NCBI GenBank assembly: GCA_026026165.1
Contig: JAPEUD010000046.1
Coordinates: 1-64,000 of the forward strand
Source: Sarea resinae
Lineage: Eukaryota
Direction: 5' to 3'
Length of the DNA stretch: 64,000 nt
The position numbers and the translations under genes are program-made. This document shows positions 50,918 through 61,516 of this stretch, in pieces. The notes under the pieces are model-generated. The model saw only the letters and a list, made by a program, of their open reading frames with translations. It was not told the origin of the DNA and made no database searches. The first letter of the stretch is position 1. Each line of letters begins with the position of its first letter.

Positions 50918-52643
50918 TTAGAAATGGATGAAGTCTTGCTGATGGGAGACCTCTCCCTCATCGAGCTGTTCCGGCATCTTTGTAAAATCTTCTTCAAGGC
51001 CATCGGAATCGACATCGTCACTGTCAATCTCATCGTAGTCTTCCTCCTCGCTGGAGATGTCGCTTTCCTCGGCCCCTGAGGAGCCTTCCATATTGGCGTC
51101 TTCTGACGATCTTCGTTGCTTTCGCTTTTGCCCAGCCCTGTCAATGTGTGGTAGTCGACATTTTTTGTTATGGCAAATGCCACTGTTGGCATAGTCAGGG
51201 CACTCATGTACGTGACGCTCACTACAATTTGCGCCCTTTTCGCAGAAACCTAGAGTAGCAAACGGGCGGCAAACAGGGGCTCCTGCGGTAACATGGACAT
51301 GCGCATACCGGCACTCTGGGTTAGAACATTTTCCCCGAAGGAAGTGCAAGCATGCTGGTACCCGCTCGGGGGTAGGATCATGAGAAAGATCACAAGCATC
51401 GCCAGCCGGGCAGTTTCCCGTCTGAAGGAAATCTTTGCAGATAGCGACCTTGTCTGCATCATGAATGAATGGGCACAACGGACCTTTGGAGCAAGACCCT
51501 ATACACGTAGAGTAAAGATAGTCAGTAAAAAAACACGCCGTTAGCACCGAAACCAATGGCCTAGTCGGCCAGGTAAGGCTGCCATGTCGTACTAGAGCAG
51601 GAGAAGAAGGGTACCCGTTGTGGTGAAACGCTTGCACGGTTCAGCGATTTTCCTGACGGTTTTACTCCTAACAAAGCGAGAGGCAATATCAGCTTACATG
51701 ACCAGGACAGGCTCTCTAAGATAGATCTATGCACTGACCGCTTTGCTTTAACAATACCTGAGCGGTAAAGATTGCCGTTTTTGCTCCGAACAAATACCAC
51801 GCCACCGACCGTGGCCTTCTTTGGGGTGGCTCGAGCCGAGCTTGAGTCTGTGTTTTGTGAGTCTGACCTCAAGCGCCCAGGCGAAAGAATTGAGATGTCC
51901 TCACCAGACAATTTGATTAGTTTGCTTCCACCATTTGCTACTCGAAATGGGATGTCATGTATGAGGATTTCGTGAACACTGTTGGAAGTAGCCCCAGGCA
52001 CCTTCGAGGCGACGCCACCGTGAGCCTTTTGTGCCGCTAGCCTCTGCAAATGTTTATGGATCTTCGATCGCTCTCGTTCGTCGCGCTGTCGCGCCTTAAG
52101 TTTGCGAGTTTCCTCAATCGCTTTCACACGTGCCTGAGTTTCTTTGTCGTATATCGATGTGTTGATGAGCTGCATATGCCGATCTCGTTTTGCCACCCAT
52201 CCCGATGCAGATGCCGTGGGCTCGCCCCCGGATGGGGTGGTAGACTGGGCTGTAGGAGCATTTTCGTCGTTACCTGTCGTAGGCGTCTGGGATCCGCTGG
52301 TATTCAGGACTAAGGTGCGATTTCTATGAGGAACTGGCGCTCTCCCTCGCCCCCGAGCGCGTCCATACGCGGTTGCGCCACGGCCAAAACCTGCAATATA
52401 TTGAGCGAGCGAATACTAATGGATCTTGAAGCCGCATCAAACTTACCTCTGCCGACAGAATTTTCAGCATACGGATGGATTGAACTCCTGTTGTCACTTG
52501 AGTTGGACCGAGTGTTCTGGGTCTTGTGCCGGTTGATATGACCTGGTTTTCATGCATGAGTTTCACGGACGCAGAGAAGTATGTAATCAAATCTTACCTG
52601 CTAGCTGGCTGATCTTCGCAAGAAGATCTTGATCCTCCGACAT
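50918..52643 (-). CDS. Multi-CCCH zinc-finger protein, ZC3H3/Red5-like
   Basis: N-terminal MSEDQDLLAKISQLAG, GGVVFVRSKNGNL, tandem C3H fingers (CKRFTTTG|SCSKGPLCPFIHD, CKDFLQTGNC...SHD, CLHFLRGKC...AH, CRPF...RH, CPDY...PH), acidic tail ending QQDFIHF. Confidence 0.85.
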
Positions 52644-53360
52644 TGTTGAATGGTATTGCGAGAGATGATGACGAGAAGAGAACGTGGAGGAAGTGGACAA
52701 ACATCTGAAGATGTGGACAGTGAACGTCAAGGGAATCTGGGCGCTTATCGCCAGTCGCTTGATGTCCGCGCTAGACCTCTCCTGTACGTTTTGTCACGAA
52801 ATGCAATAACAAAGAATGGCTGTATCCATCAATGATGTTGCTAGATTTATAAGCAGCAGTGAATGAGATTTATTTGTCTTATGTGTACGCTGTCAGGTCT
52901 TTCTGATACCATATAGCGAATATTCAAACGTTTTTTGATTCCCTTCCGGAATACACAGCAATGAGAGGCCTAGAAGAGATAAACAAGGCTGCCAGAGTGG
53001 AGCCCGCATATCCTGGTAGAATTACCTTGGAGACTGGATAGTACGATCTTTACTACGTGAATCTTTACTACGTAAAGCTAGTGGTTCTGAGATGATATCG
53101 TCATCCGCGAAGAGCGGTCTTCGAATAGAATCAACATACACGTCAGGTATCTGGATTCGAAAAAGAAAAAAGACAAAAGCAGGTACAGTGTGCCCGTGTA
53201 CTCCTTTCCCACACTAGACTCCGTAGACTTAAAGATCTCAGATCAGAAAAGATGCTGTGGATGTAGCCTTGAATGTACCCCAGCATGCCTTGAGCATCTC
53301 ATACCAACGCCAAGCAATGCATCCATATACAAACCCCACGGGAGACCATACAAAGTTCCC

Positions 53361-54747
53361 CTACGAAGGCATAACATCTTCCATCTTGACGTTTTCTTCA
53401 TCATCATCGTCACCACCCCCCATCCCGTCGCCTTCATCCACATCAGAGCCCTCTATTGCAGGTTCAGAGTCCGGCGCCGCCTCGTTCTTGACGTTGCTGT
53501 ACGACGCGGCATTGGCGTAGGTACTTTCTCTCGCCTCGGGCTTGAGCGTCCAGTGCATGGCGAAATTGCCTTGACGAACCAAATGCGCGACTTTTTCGAG
53601 CGTCGACTTGAGATAGGCTTCTGGCTGCTTGAGTTCTGCACGGAGAGATCGCATTGACCAGTATTGGTAGCGCTGGAAACAACCGTAGATGAGATCCAGG
53701 AGTTCGTTTTGCGGAATGCGAGCCGCTTTCTGTTCTTGAGGCTTTCCTCGTGGAGGTCCGGTCGTTTTCTGCCCAGTATCGTTAGGTATGTCTGGTAGCT
53801 GGGTAGTAGTTGAAAAATACGTACAATAAAGCCGCCAAAGTCTCCGTCTCGCCCCCGTCCGGAAGGAAGTAAGTTCCCGGTATGGGTGCCGACATGGCCG
53901 CCCAAGAACTTCGTTTCCCGTTTCGGCTTCGTCTTCTGCAGAGTCCACTCGTCCATTATTTTCTGGTATTCTTCATTGACGACTGGTATACAGTTCAGCT
54001 CGTGCTGTACTTGACCAGACATAGCAGTTTGCTCTGCAGAGAAAGGAAAGAAATTAGCAACCCCGCACCATGGCATAGCGGTAAAAGGTCTTTCTCACTG
54101 GGTATAGCCTTCCTGTAATAGGGCTCCCATCGCTTTCTCTCGGGTTTGTTCTGAGAATGGTTTCTATTCGGGCCTCGACCTTCATACTGAAGCCTTGATG
54201 GTATCGGTGGGAATTTAGACCCTTGATCAGGCCCCAACCTTGAGCGCCCGACTTTGGAAGCGTATCCTGGAAGATCCTTTTCTGTGAAAACGTAGGTATT
54301 GACCGGATTCTGGTTCGTGATGCGGAGGTTGTACTCCTTAGGCACATCTCTATTTTGCGGTACGTCCGGCGATAACAGAAGACTCAGCTATGGAGTTTCT
54401 CACGTCAGTACATCGAAGAAGAAACGAGGCGCCCAATATCTCAGGTGAAGCCTCACCCTCTTCATGTTGTCGTGGGATCCCTCTAGTCGGACCGTGCCGA
54501 GCTGGATCTCCTCATCGTCGTCGATGTTGGTCCAGTTCTCCCAGAGGATTTTGGGGATCCTCATCAACCAGACCGGGTTATTCGAGTTCGTGAAGTCCAG
54601 ATCGCCCGCATCTTCGTAAATGTCGTCGTCCTCAAAAGTCGCTGGGGACCCGCCCGCAGAATCCGGATCTGGTTTGATTCGCGGTTCCGCCGCGCCGGCG
54701 GGGGTCATACCGCGTTCCACCTTCACGACGCTGCTTTCGCCATTCAT
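53361..54747 (-). CDS. TFG2: Transcription factor IIF beta subunit (RAP30)
   Basis: DDIYEDAGDLDF, VWLMRIPK, VPKEYNL, NTYVFTEKDLPG, winged helix ELLDLIYGCFQRYQYWSMRSLRAELKQPEAYLKSTLEKVA. Three introns. Confidence 0.95.
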
Positions 54748-55296
54748 GGCTTCCAAGGTGACTGCAACACGGGCGAGAGAGAGAGAATCCTTTCTTCGGA
54801 AGAGTAGACCACGGCCGCTGACCAGAAGCCTCGTTGAGTGTGCGGTGTAGAAGGAGACTCTGTCGTGATGTATTGCTGCTATTATCGGGTAGAAGAAGTG
54901 CTTGATGAATGAGTGTCGACGCCAAGGCCATGCGCATACTCCGTCGTCGAAGGATGGAAAGAGCTGCCGGCCGGTAGCGCCAAGGAGATACTTTGACAGT
55001 ACAACATCGATGGGGATCAAGTACATGAGTATCTAGGTATCCCAGAAGTTACCGACTGCTTTCGGTAAGCAGTGAAGTCACCGGTGACTGCATCTTGGGC
55101 GCTCTTCCCTCAACACCAGCCCTATCGATAACAACAAAGGATATACGACACCACAACGTCAATATCAGCGACTGAAAAAGCATGAATCATACCTAGATCC
55201 TCTTCGGATACACATCTCAATTGCAGGGCATCCATTAGGACATTCGCAACAATCAACACCAATTGGGCCATTCACCTCGGCCGACCATCCGTCATC

Positions 55297-56649
55297 ATGG
55301 CTTCAGCAGAAGTGGCCGCGGCGCTCTCATCCCTAGAATCATCATCCACGCCCCAGCAAAACAAAGCATCAGGCTATGTCGACTTGCTCCAGAAGATTAT
55401 CAGTTCAGACTCTCCTCCCCCCCGCCTCCCCGGAAATCTCACCGCATTCCTCGACTCCATCCTCGGCGACACCCTGGGCATCGTCACCGCCCGCCCGCTC
55501 CTCTCCACCTTCGTCGATACCCTCAAATCCCTCTCGGACACAAGCCTCCAAATCGAAATCGGTCAGCATGCCCTCACTACCCTCGCACCACGAGTGGTCT
55601 CCTTCGAGGAACAAGACGCCAACCTCCGCGAAATCCTCGCCGACGCCCACGAATCCGAAGGCGACTACCTTGCCTCTGCTAAAGTCCTGCAGGGCCTCCA
55701 ACTCGAATCCTCACAGCGCCTAATACCCGACACCACTAAAGTCAAAATCTGGATTCGCATTGTGCGCCTCTTCCTCGAGGAAGATGACCCGCTGAGCGCG
55801 GAAACTTACCTCAATCGCGCCAAATCTCTCATCTACAAGGTCCAGGGCGATAACGCAAACAGCCCGGAAGCCCAGGAACTAAACCTCATGTTCTCGCTCT
55901 CCCAGGCCCGCATCCTTGACGCCCGCCGCAAATTCTTAGATGCCTCCCAAGTCTACCACACCTTTAGCTTCTCCCCCCTGCTCGCCGAATCGGAACGGCT
56001 GCGTGCCCTCTCCTCGGCCATCGTCTGCGCTGTCCTCTCGCCCGCCGGCCCGCAACGCTCGCGCATGTTGTCCCGGCTCTACAAGGACGAACGCACCCCT
56101 CAAACCGATGAGCACGGCATCCTCGAGAAAATGTTCCTCGACCGCCTCCTCTCGCCGCAAGAAGTCTCGCAATTCGCCGCGAGGCTCTCCCCGCACCACC
56201 TCGCCACCACGAGCGACGGCAGCACCGTGCTCGCCAAGGCCGTCACCGAGCACAACCTGCTCGCCTCCTCCCGGCTGTACTCGACCATCGGCGTCGCCGA
56301 CCTCGCCGCCCTCCTGGACCTGACCCCCGAGCGTGCCGAGGAGTACGCCGCGCGCATGATCGAGCAGTCGCGCCTTGCCGGGCGCATCGACCAGATCGAC
56401 GGCGTCATCTTCTTCGACGGCGACGCCTCCTCCGACCCCAGCGTGCAGGGTGGCGCCGCAGCAGCAGCCGCGGCGGCGGGAGAAGGCGGCGCGCTGACGG
56501 GCGCCCAGTCCGACCGCCCGCCTGTCGTGGGCCGCGAGTTGCGCAAATGGGACGCCAATGTCCAGAGCCTGGCCGAGGAGGTCGAGAAAGTGACGACCTT
56601 GCTGCAGACGCGGTGTCCGGAGTTTGTGGCCGCCAACCTGGTGCACTAG
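55297..56649 (+). CDS. CSN4: COP9 signalosome subunit 4 (PCI domain)
   Basis: PRVVSFEEQD, RLFLEEDD, ARILDARRKFLDA, AGPQRSRMLSRLYKDER, ILEKMFLDRL, DGSTVLAKAVTEHNLL, GRIDQIDGVIFF. Confidence 0.95.
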   Translation: MASAEVAAALSSLESSSTPQQNKASGYVDLLQKIISSDSPPPRLPGNLTAFLDSILGDTLGIVTARPLLSTFVDTLKSLSDTSLQIEIGQHALTTLAPRVVSFEEQDANLREILADAHESEGDYLASAKVLQGLQLESSQRLIPDTTKVKIWIRIVRLFLEEDDPLSAETYLNRAKSLIYKVQGDNANSPEAQELNLMFSLSQARILDARRKFLDASQVYHTFSFSPLLAESERLRALSSAIVCAVLSPAGPQRSRMLSRLYKDERTPQTDEHGILEKMFLDRLLSPQEVSQFAARLSPHHLATTSDGSTVLAKAVTEHNLLASSRLYSTIGVADLAALLDLTPERAEEYAARMIEQSRLAGRIDQIDGVIFFDGDASSDPSVQGGAAAAAAAAGEGGALTGAQSDRPPVVGRELRKWDANVQSLAEEVEKVTTLLQTRCPEFVAANLVH

Positions 56650-57480
56650 ATGTCTGTGTTTCTTTCTCTCCATGCTTTACAGATTTAGCCCCCCCATTTT
56701 TCTTCTTTTTCTTCTTCGTCTCTTCTCGCTCGCCCTTTTTTTTTTGACGTGTTTCTTCCTTCTTTACTCCACGTTTTACGTGCCGGGCTGGCCTGGACTG
56801 GCCTGGACTTGGCTGCGGCGTTTTTCTCGCATTGCATCTTCCATGGAGTCACTTCCTTTTTACGCTATCAAAGAAACACACCTGCATTTTCCTATTTCTC
56901 TCAACCGAATCACGCTCGCCGAGAAGCGCCATGGCGAAGAGCCATAGACACAGGACTACAGGCCAAAAAAAGAATAAAGATATCAATTCACTCAGAGCTA
57001 TCAATACGTGTGCTGGTGCCAGATATTCGTACCCCCGGTCAGAGGAAACGATACGATACGATACCAGTCATAGATTTGCATTTTAGGGTTAGGGTTAGAG
57101 TTGGCTATATGTCCTGTTGTCACGTTTATATCTGAGACTCTTTATCTACTTAGGGAATGGAAGAGATGGTAGGGGGGGAACCAAGAATGCCAAAGGCTAG
57201 TATGAATAACGCGTGGAAACAATGTTCTTCTGAAAACCATAGCGCCAGGCTATGCCACATTATGCCCACCAAGATATCTGATACAAAATATATAAAGGAA
57301 TTTTAGATACGAAAGGAAGAGAAGGCGGACAAGAAAAAGGGAGGGCATACCAGATGCACTCGCGGAGTAGATGTAGGACGGGAGCAATGAGCTTGCTCCT
57401 AGCTGTAAAGGGGAGGGTGGAAGGAGGTAAGAGTATTGCAAGCCGGGTCCGAGCGACTACGCAGAGAGATCCGGCAGCGC

Positions 57481-58182
57481 CTAGGAGTCATCCGTAGAAG
57501 AGCCGTCTGTGGAAGAAGCAGCCGCGGGCGATACTCCCAGAGCCTGGCAGGCGGCCGTCCAATACGCTTGACGGTCGCTCGTCACCGTCGTGCCGACGCA
57601 TTCGCTGATATACGCCTCCCACCCCTCCACGCTCCCCGTCTGCAACTGCGTCCTCACGCTCGGCCCGCACTGACTTGTCAGGAACCACGCCGCCGACGCC
57701 CAGGCATACGTGTCCGGTAGCACGAGCGCCCTCATGGCATTCAACTGGTCATCTGAGAGCGCGCTCGCATCCTGACTCGTAGTGATCGCATCCAGCGGAA
57801 GAGTCAGCGCGGGAATAGACCGCGCGTACAACAGGTTGGAGGTGCCCATCTGCATGTTGCGGGTTCCTTGGCCCGGACGGCCGGGGGCGGGGTAGTGATT
57901 GATGTTGTATTTGAATTCGCCGGTTTCGAAGGCCATGAGGGATATCAGAGCGGCGATCTCGGCAGGGCTGGTGACGGCGTAGGTGGCGAGTGAGAGATTA
58001 ATCCATGGGGCGGCTTGCGTGGCGGTTGCGCACTCTAACGGGAAAGGTGCATTAGCGCAGGTGCTAGATGAAGGGGCGATCTCGAGGAGTTGGGAGGAAG
58101 TGATGAGGGTGCGGGGAGCGATGGGACTGGCTGATGATAGCTGAAGGACCAAGAGGAGGGAGATGAGAATTGAGACGAGCAT
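57481..58182 (-). CDS. Secreted protein with lysozyme/GH19-like motifs
   Basis: Hydrophobic signal peptide, four Cys, ALISLMAFETGEFKY, PGQGTRNMQ, WASAAWFL. Confidence 0.75.
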   Translation of the reverse strand: MLVSILISLLLVLQLSSASPIAPRTLITSSQLLEIAPSSSTCANAPFPLECATATQAAPWINLSLATYAVTSPAEIAALISLMAFETGEFKYNINHYPAPGRPGQGTRNMQMGTSNLLYARSIPALTLPLDAITTSQDASALSDDQLNAMRALVLPDTYAWASAAWFLTSQCGPSVRTQLQTGSVEGWEAYISECVGTTVTSDRQAYWTAACQALGVSPAAASSTDGSSTDDS

Positions 58183-61100
58183 TATCAGATGCTGCTCGAT
58201 GGCTGTAATTTGCAGAAAAGCTTCAGTAATGTATGGAAGTCGAAAAGAGAAGAGCAGAAACCGAAATCAGCGATATGAACAGAGACTGCGTAAGAAATGA
58301 GAAGTCGAAAGACTCTGAATGACTTTATACAAGATATAGCAACGTTTGACTGCCGAGTGAACAATGCTTCTGTTGATGGAAGTATTGTTCAGTGAATCAA
58401 AAGTGTGAAGAAAGACGTGCGATATTGAGTGAAAAGAGACAATGCCTTGTTCTGTTGTTGTTACATCAATCGCTGCTGTGACTGTTAATGCTACCTCGAC
58501 GAGATGACGAGGGAGGGGTCGCATTTCGACAGCGGGATCTGCCGCACCCGAGTGCAATGGTTGAATGGTGAAGCTAGCCGTATACAGAGATGTGTGTGGT
58601 GATTCAATCACTCGGACTGTCGTTTTGTTGTTTTGAAACAGCTTGGGAGAAGAAGGACAGCCAGTAACGCGTAGTGAGCGAGGGACCTCTGAGGGCGCCT
58701 GGGCGCCTAAATGGACTCTTCAGGTTTCAGGGCAGAACTCTTTGTACGAAGTACTGCGGTAAGCACAGTAAACAGGGCTCGACCGCCACGCGAAAAATGC
58801 GAAAAATGCGAAAAATGGATAGCATATCACGAAGAGAGCCATGCTTTTCCTGAGCACCCAATGGGGAACCACAGAGAGACAAAAGAACAGCTGGAGCTGG
58901 AGTGGATAAGCCATCTTCGTTGCTTCTCTCTCTCGGACGCTGCGAAGGAACCCAGTACCTGAGGTCGTTCATGATCCAGAAAGAGACGCGTCAAACCCTC
59001 GCGTAGAGGACTCAGAGGTTGCGCGTCCCGAGTACGCAGACAGCCGTCATATCATCATCATCATCATCACCATCATCAGAAAGCCGATCAGAGGACGTTC
59101 GAAAATACCTTCAACCTTCAACCTTGGACCTCAGATTTGATCACGCTCAGTCATGAGGGAGTGGGGAGCCAAGCACAGGGCAAGTCAAGCTACTGCGCAG
59201 TAGAGCGCATCCACAACCCACGCACGTTAGAGGATGGCGCACATTGATAGGGAGGTAGGGAGGCAGGGCAGTGGATGGCCAATGATGGTGCAATCACAAT
59301 AAGATCGAGGACGATGATGATACAGATCATGGGGGTGGCGACTTTCGCCGTGTTGTTTCGCCGTCTTGGCTGTCAGCACTTGCTCACTCATCACACGCGA
59401 CCTGACAGCGCTTCCCTTGCACTTGCACGATTGAGGGCAAGCGGACGAACCAACTGCCCGAGGATGGACAACCTGCAGGGACCGTCACCTAGTACCTACC
59501 TCCAGTACCTACAATAAGCTCCGAGAAGCGAGTCTCCACTGTCCTTATCCCTCGATCTACGGACTACTCCGAGTACTTCATACTCTACTACTCCGTACTG
59601 CGTACGCAAGGTAGAGTACTGCGCGATAGGGTACCTACTCTACTGAAGTACGGGCAACCAGATCAATAATCAATCCATCGATTGCATTGCGCATGCGGCT
59701 ATTCCTTACTCCCTTCTCCCTGGTCTCTCTCATCTTTCACCTTCAGAGGATAAGGAAGCTCAAAGTATGCGAGCTAACCCAAGGGAGGTAGTAGTCATGG
59801 TCGCGCCGTCGCCGTGTCGCCGTGCCGCATGGAGCTAAATGAAACAGAGTGGAGTGTGACTCAGCAACCTGGAAGTCATTCTCTCTCCTTCACCGATGTC
59901 GAAATCCTGGCAGCCCTCTCCAGGAGTCGCTAAGGTCCAATCGAAGACACGGCCGAGTACTCGCAAGCTACTCGCAGCAACCCCGAGGGAACAACGTTGG
60001 GGGCCTGAAGATGGCTCGAATCCGAGGCGTTTGCTCGCCCGATCGGCGCAATTCGTTGCCAAGCCGCTCATCCCTTCCAAGTACACCGGAAGTCCTCTCT
60101 GGTCCCTTACGCGCGCAGTCGCCCCGTCACTCGAGCACTCGGAGTCGGTGTGCCCTGCTCTTCCGATGATCGACTACTCTGTACCTTGCCTGCCATGGAG
60201 TAGTGGCTCGTGCGGATCCCGAGTCTGGCACAAGGCTGAGGCTCCGGGGCTGCGAACAGGCCTGCCCGCTTCGGTGAAGATGCATCGATGGAACGAGGGC
60301 GCGAAATTGCAGTGCAGTGCAGTGCAACGAACGGTGAAGGCGATGGCCGTTATGGCCGTTGCGGGCTCTATGCCAGTACAGGGAAGCCATTGAGACGGAA
60401 TGAAGGAGGCAATGCAGTCGCCGTCGTGCAGAAAAGACCTCATCTTCATGTCCTTGCCCATTCTGTCTATCTCGCTCTCAAAAGGCATCAGGTCGACATA
60501 AATAATAGTGCCTCCACCTCGATGGTCGGTGTTGGTTGGCAGTAATTCGTGGTGTTTAAGCTTCCAACGACACCGTGCTACTGCTCACTCGCGTGTTTCC
60601 CCGTATCGACGGTCCCTCGTACCGACCTCACTGCTCGTACTGCGACCGAGTACTTCATAGTCCTATCGAGTCTCGCCGCCTTCAGCGTTGATTGGCTAGC
60701 TAAACACGTCACCTCCCCGCGGGCCCTCAACTGGAGCCGCTGCTGCCTAGAGATACCTCAGTACTTGCGTCTCACGGCTCCAAGGCTCAATCGTCTGTCA
60801 ACCTGAGGGAAACAAAACTCCTCTAACCCTCTGCTCCATTCTCTCGCTCTCTCGCTCTCTCCCTCTCCCTCTTCCCCCTCGTCTTTTCGTCTCCTCCGAC
60901 TTTCATGATTTGGTCTCACTAGCCGTCGGCTGAGGGGCCTCTAAGCCTTTTTGTGCGAGTCCATCTATCATCATTAGCTTCATTGTTGTCCCGCCGCATT
61001 CTGACGCCCGCTTCGTCTTCCTCGACGCCCATTCGACCTGCTTCTCCGTCTTCTCGCTTCCCTTCCTGCTTGGTCTCTCCATCAGACCATAGAGACCCTC

Positions 61101-61516
61101 GGATTCAGTCTCTCATATAATATTTCCTTCGACTCATCTCGTCCCCGCGTTGCTCTGTCCTCGTCATACAACACTCGAGCGTTGCTACTGCATCCTCTTG
61201 AGGAATTGGCCTCGACTTCCTCAACGTCAAACGGCAATTGAAATAAGTAAGTTATCATTCTGTCGAGCCTTCCTTCTTCCACTCGCTTCCCCGCATGCGA
61301 AATCAAACCCTGAGCTGACGTGTCTTCCAGCTTCGATCTTCACCCTCACATACAACATTTCTGGTCGAATCTTTTCCCTCTGAATTAGTATATCTGTCCT
61401 AGAAACGTGAGTCATGAAGAGATCCCACCTTGATGCATGAAATGCAGGCTAAGTCGATCTAGAGCCATTGCCGTACAACTTGACGCCCTTGTTGACGACT
61501 CTCCTCGAATTGGAGG

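Noticed and set aside
57083..57100. TTAGGGTTAGGGTTAGAG telomere-like repeat
   Set aside because: Only two perfect units, inside a gene-dense region between convergent 3' ends. Not a telomere.
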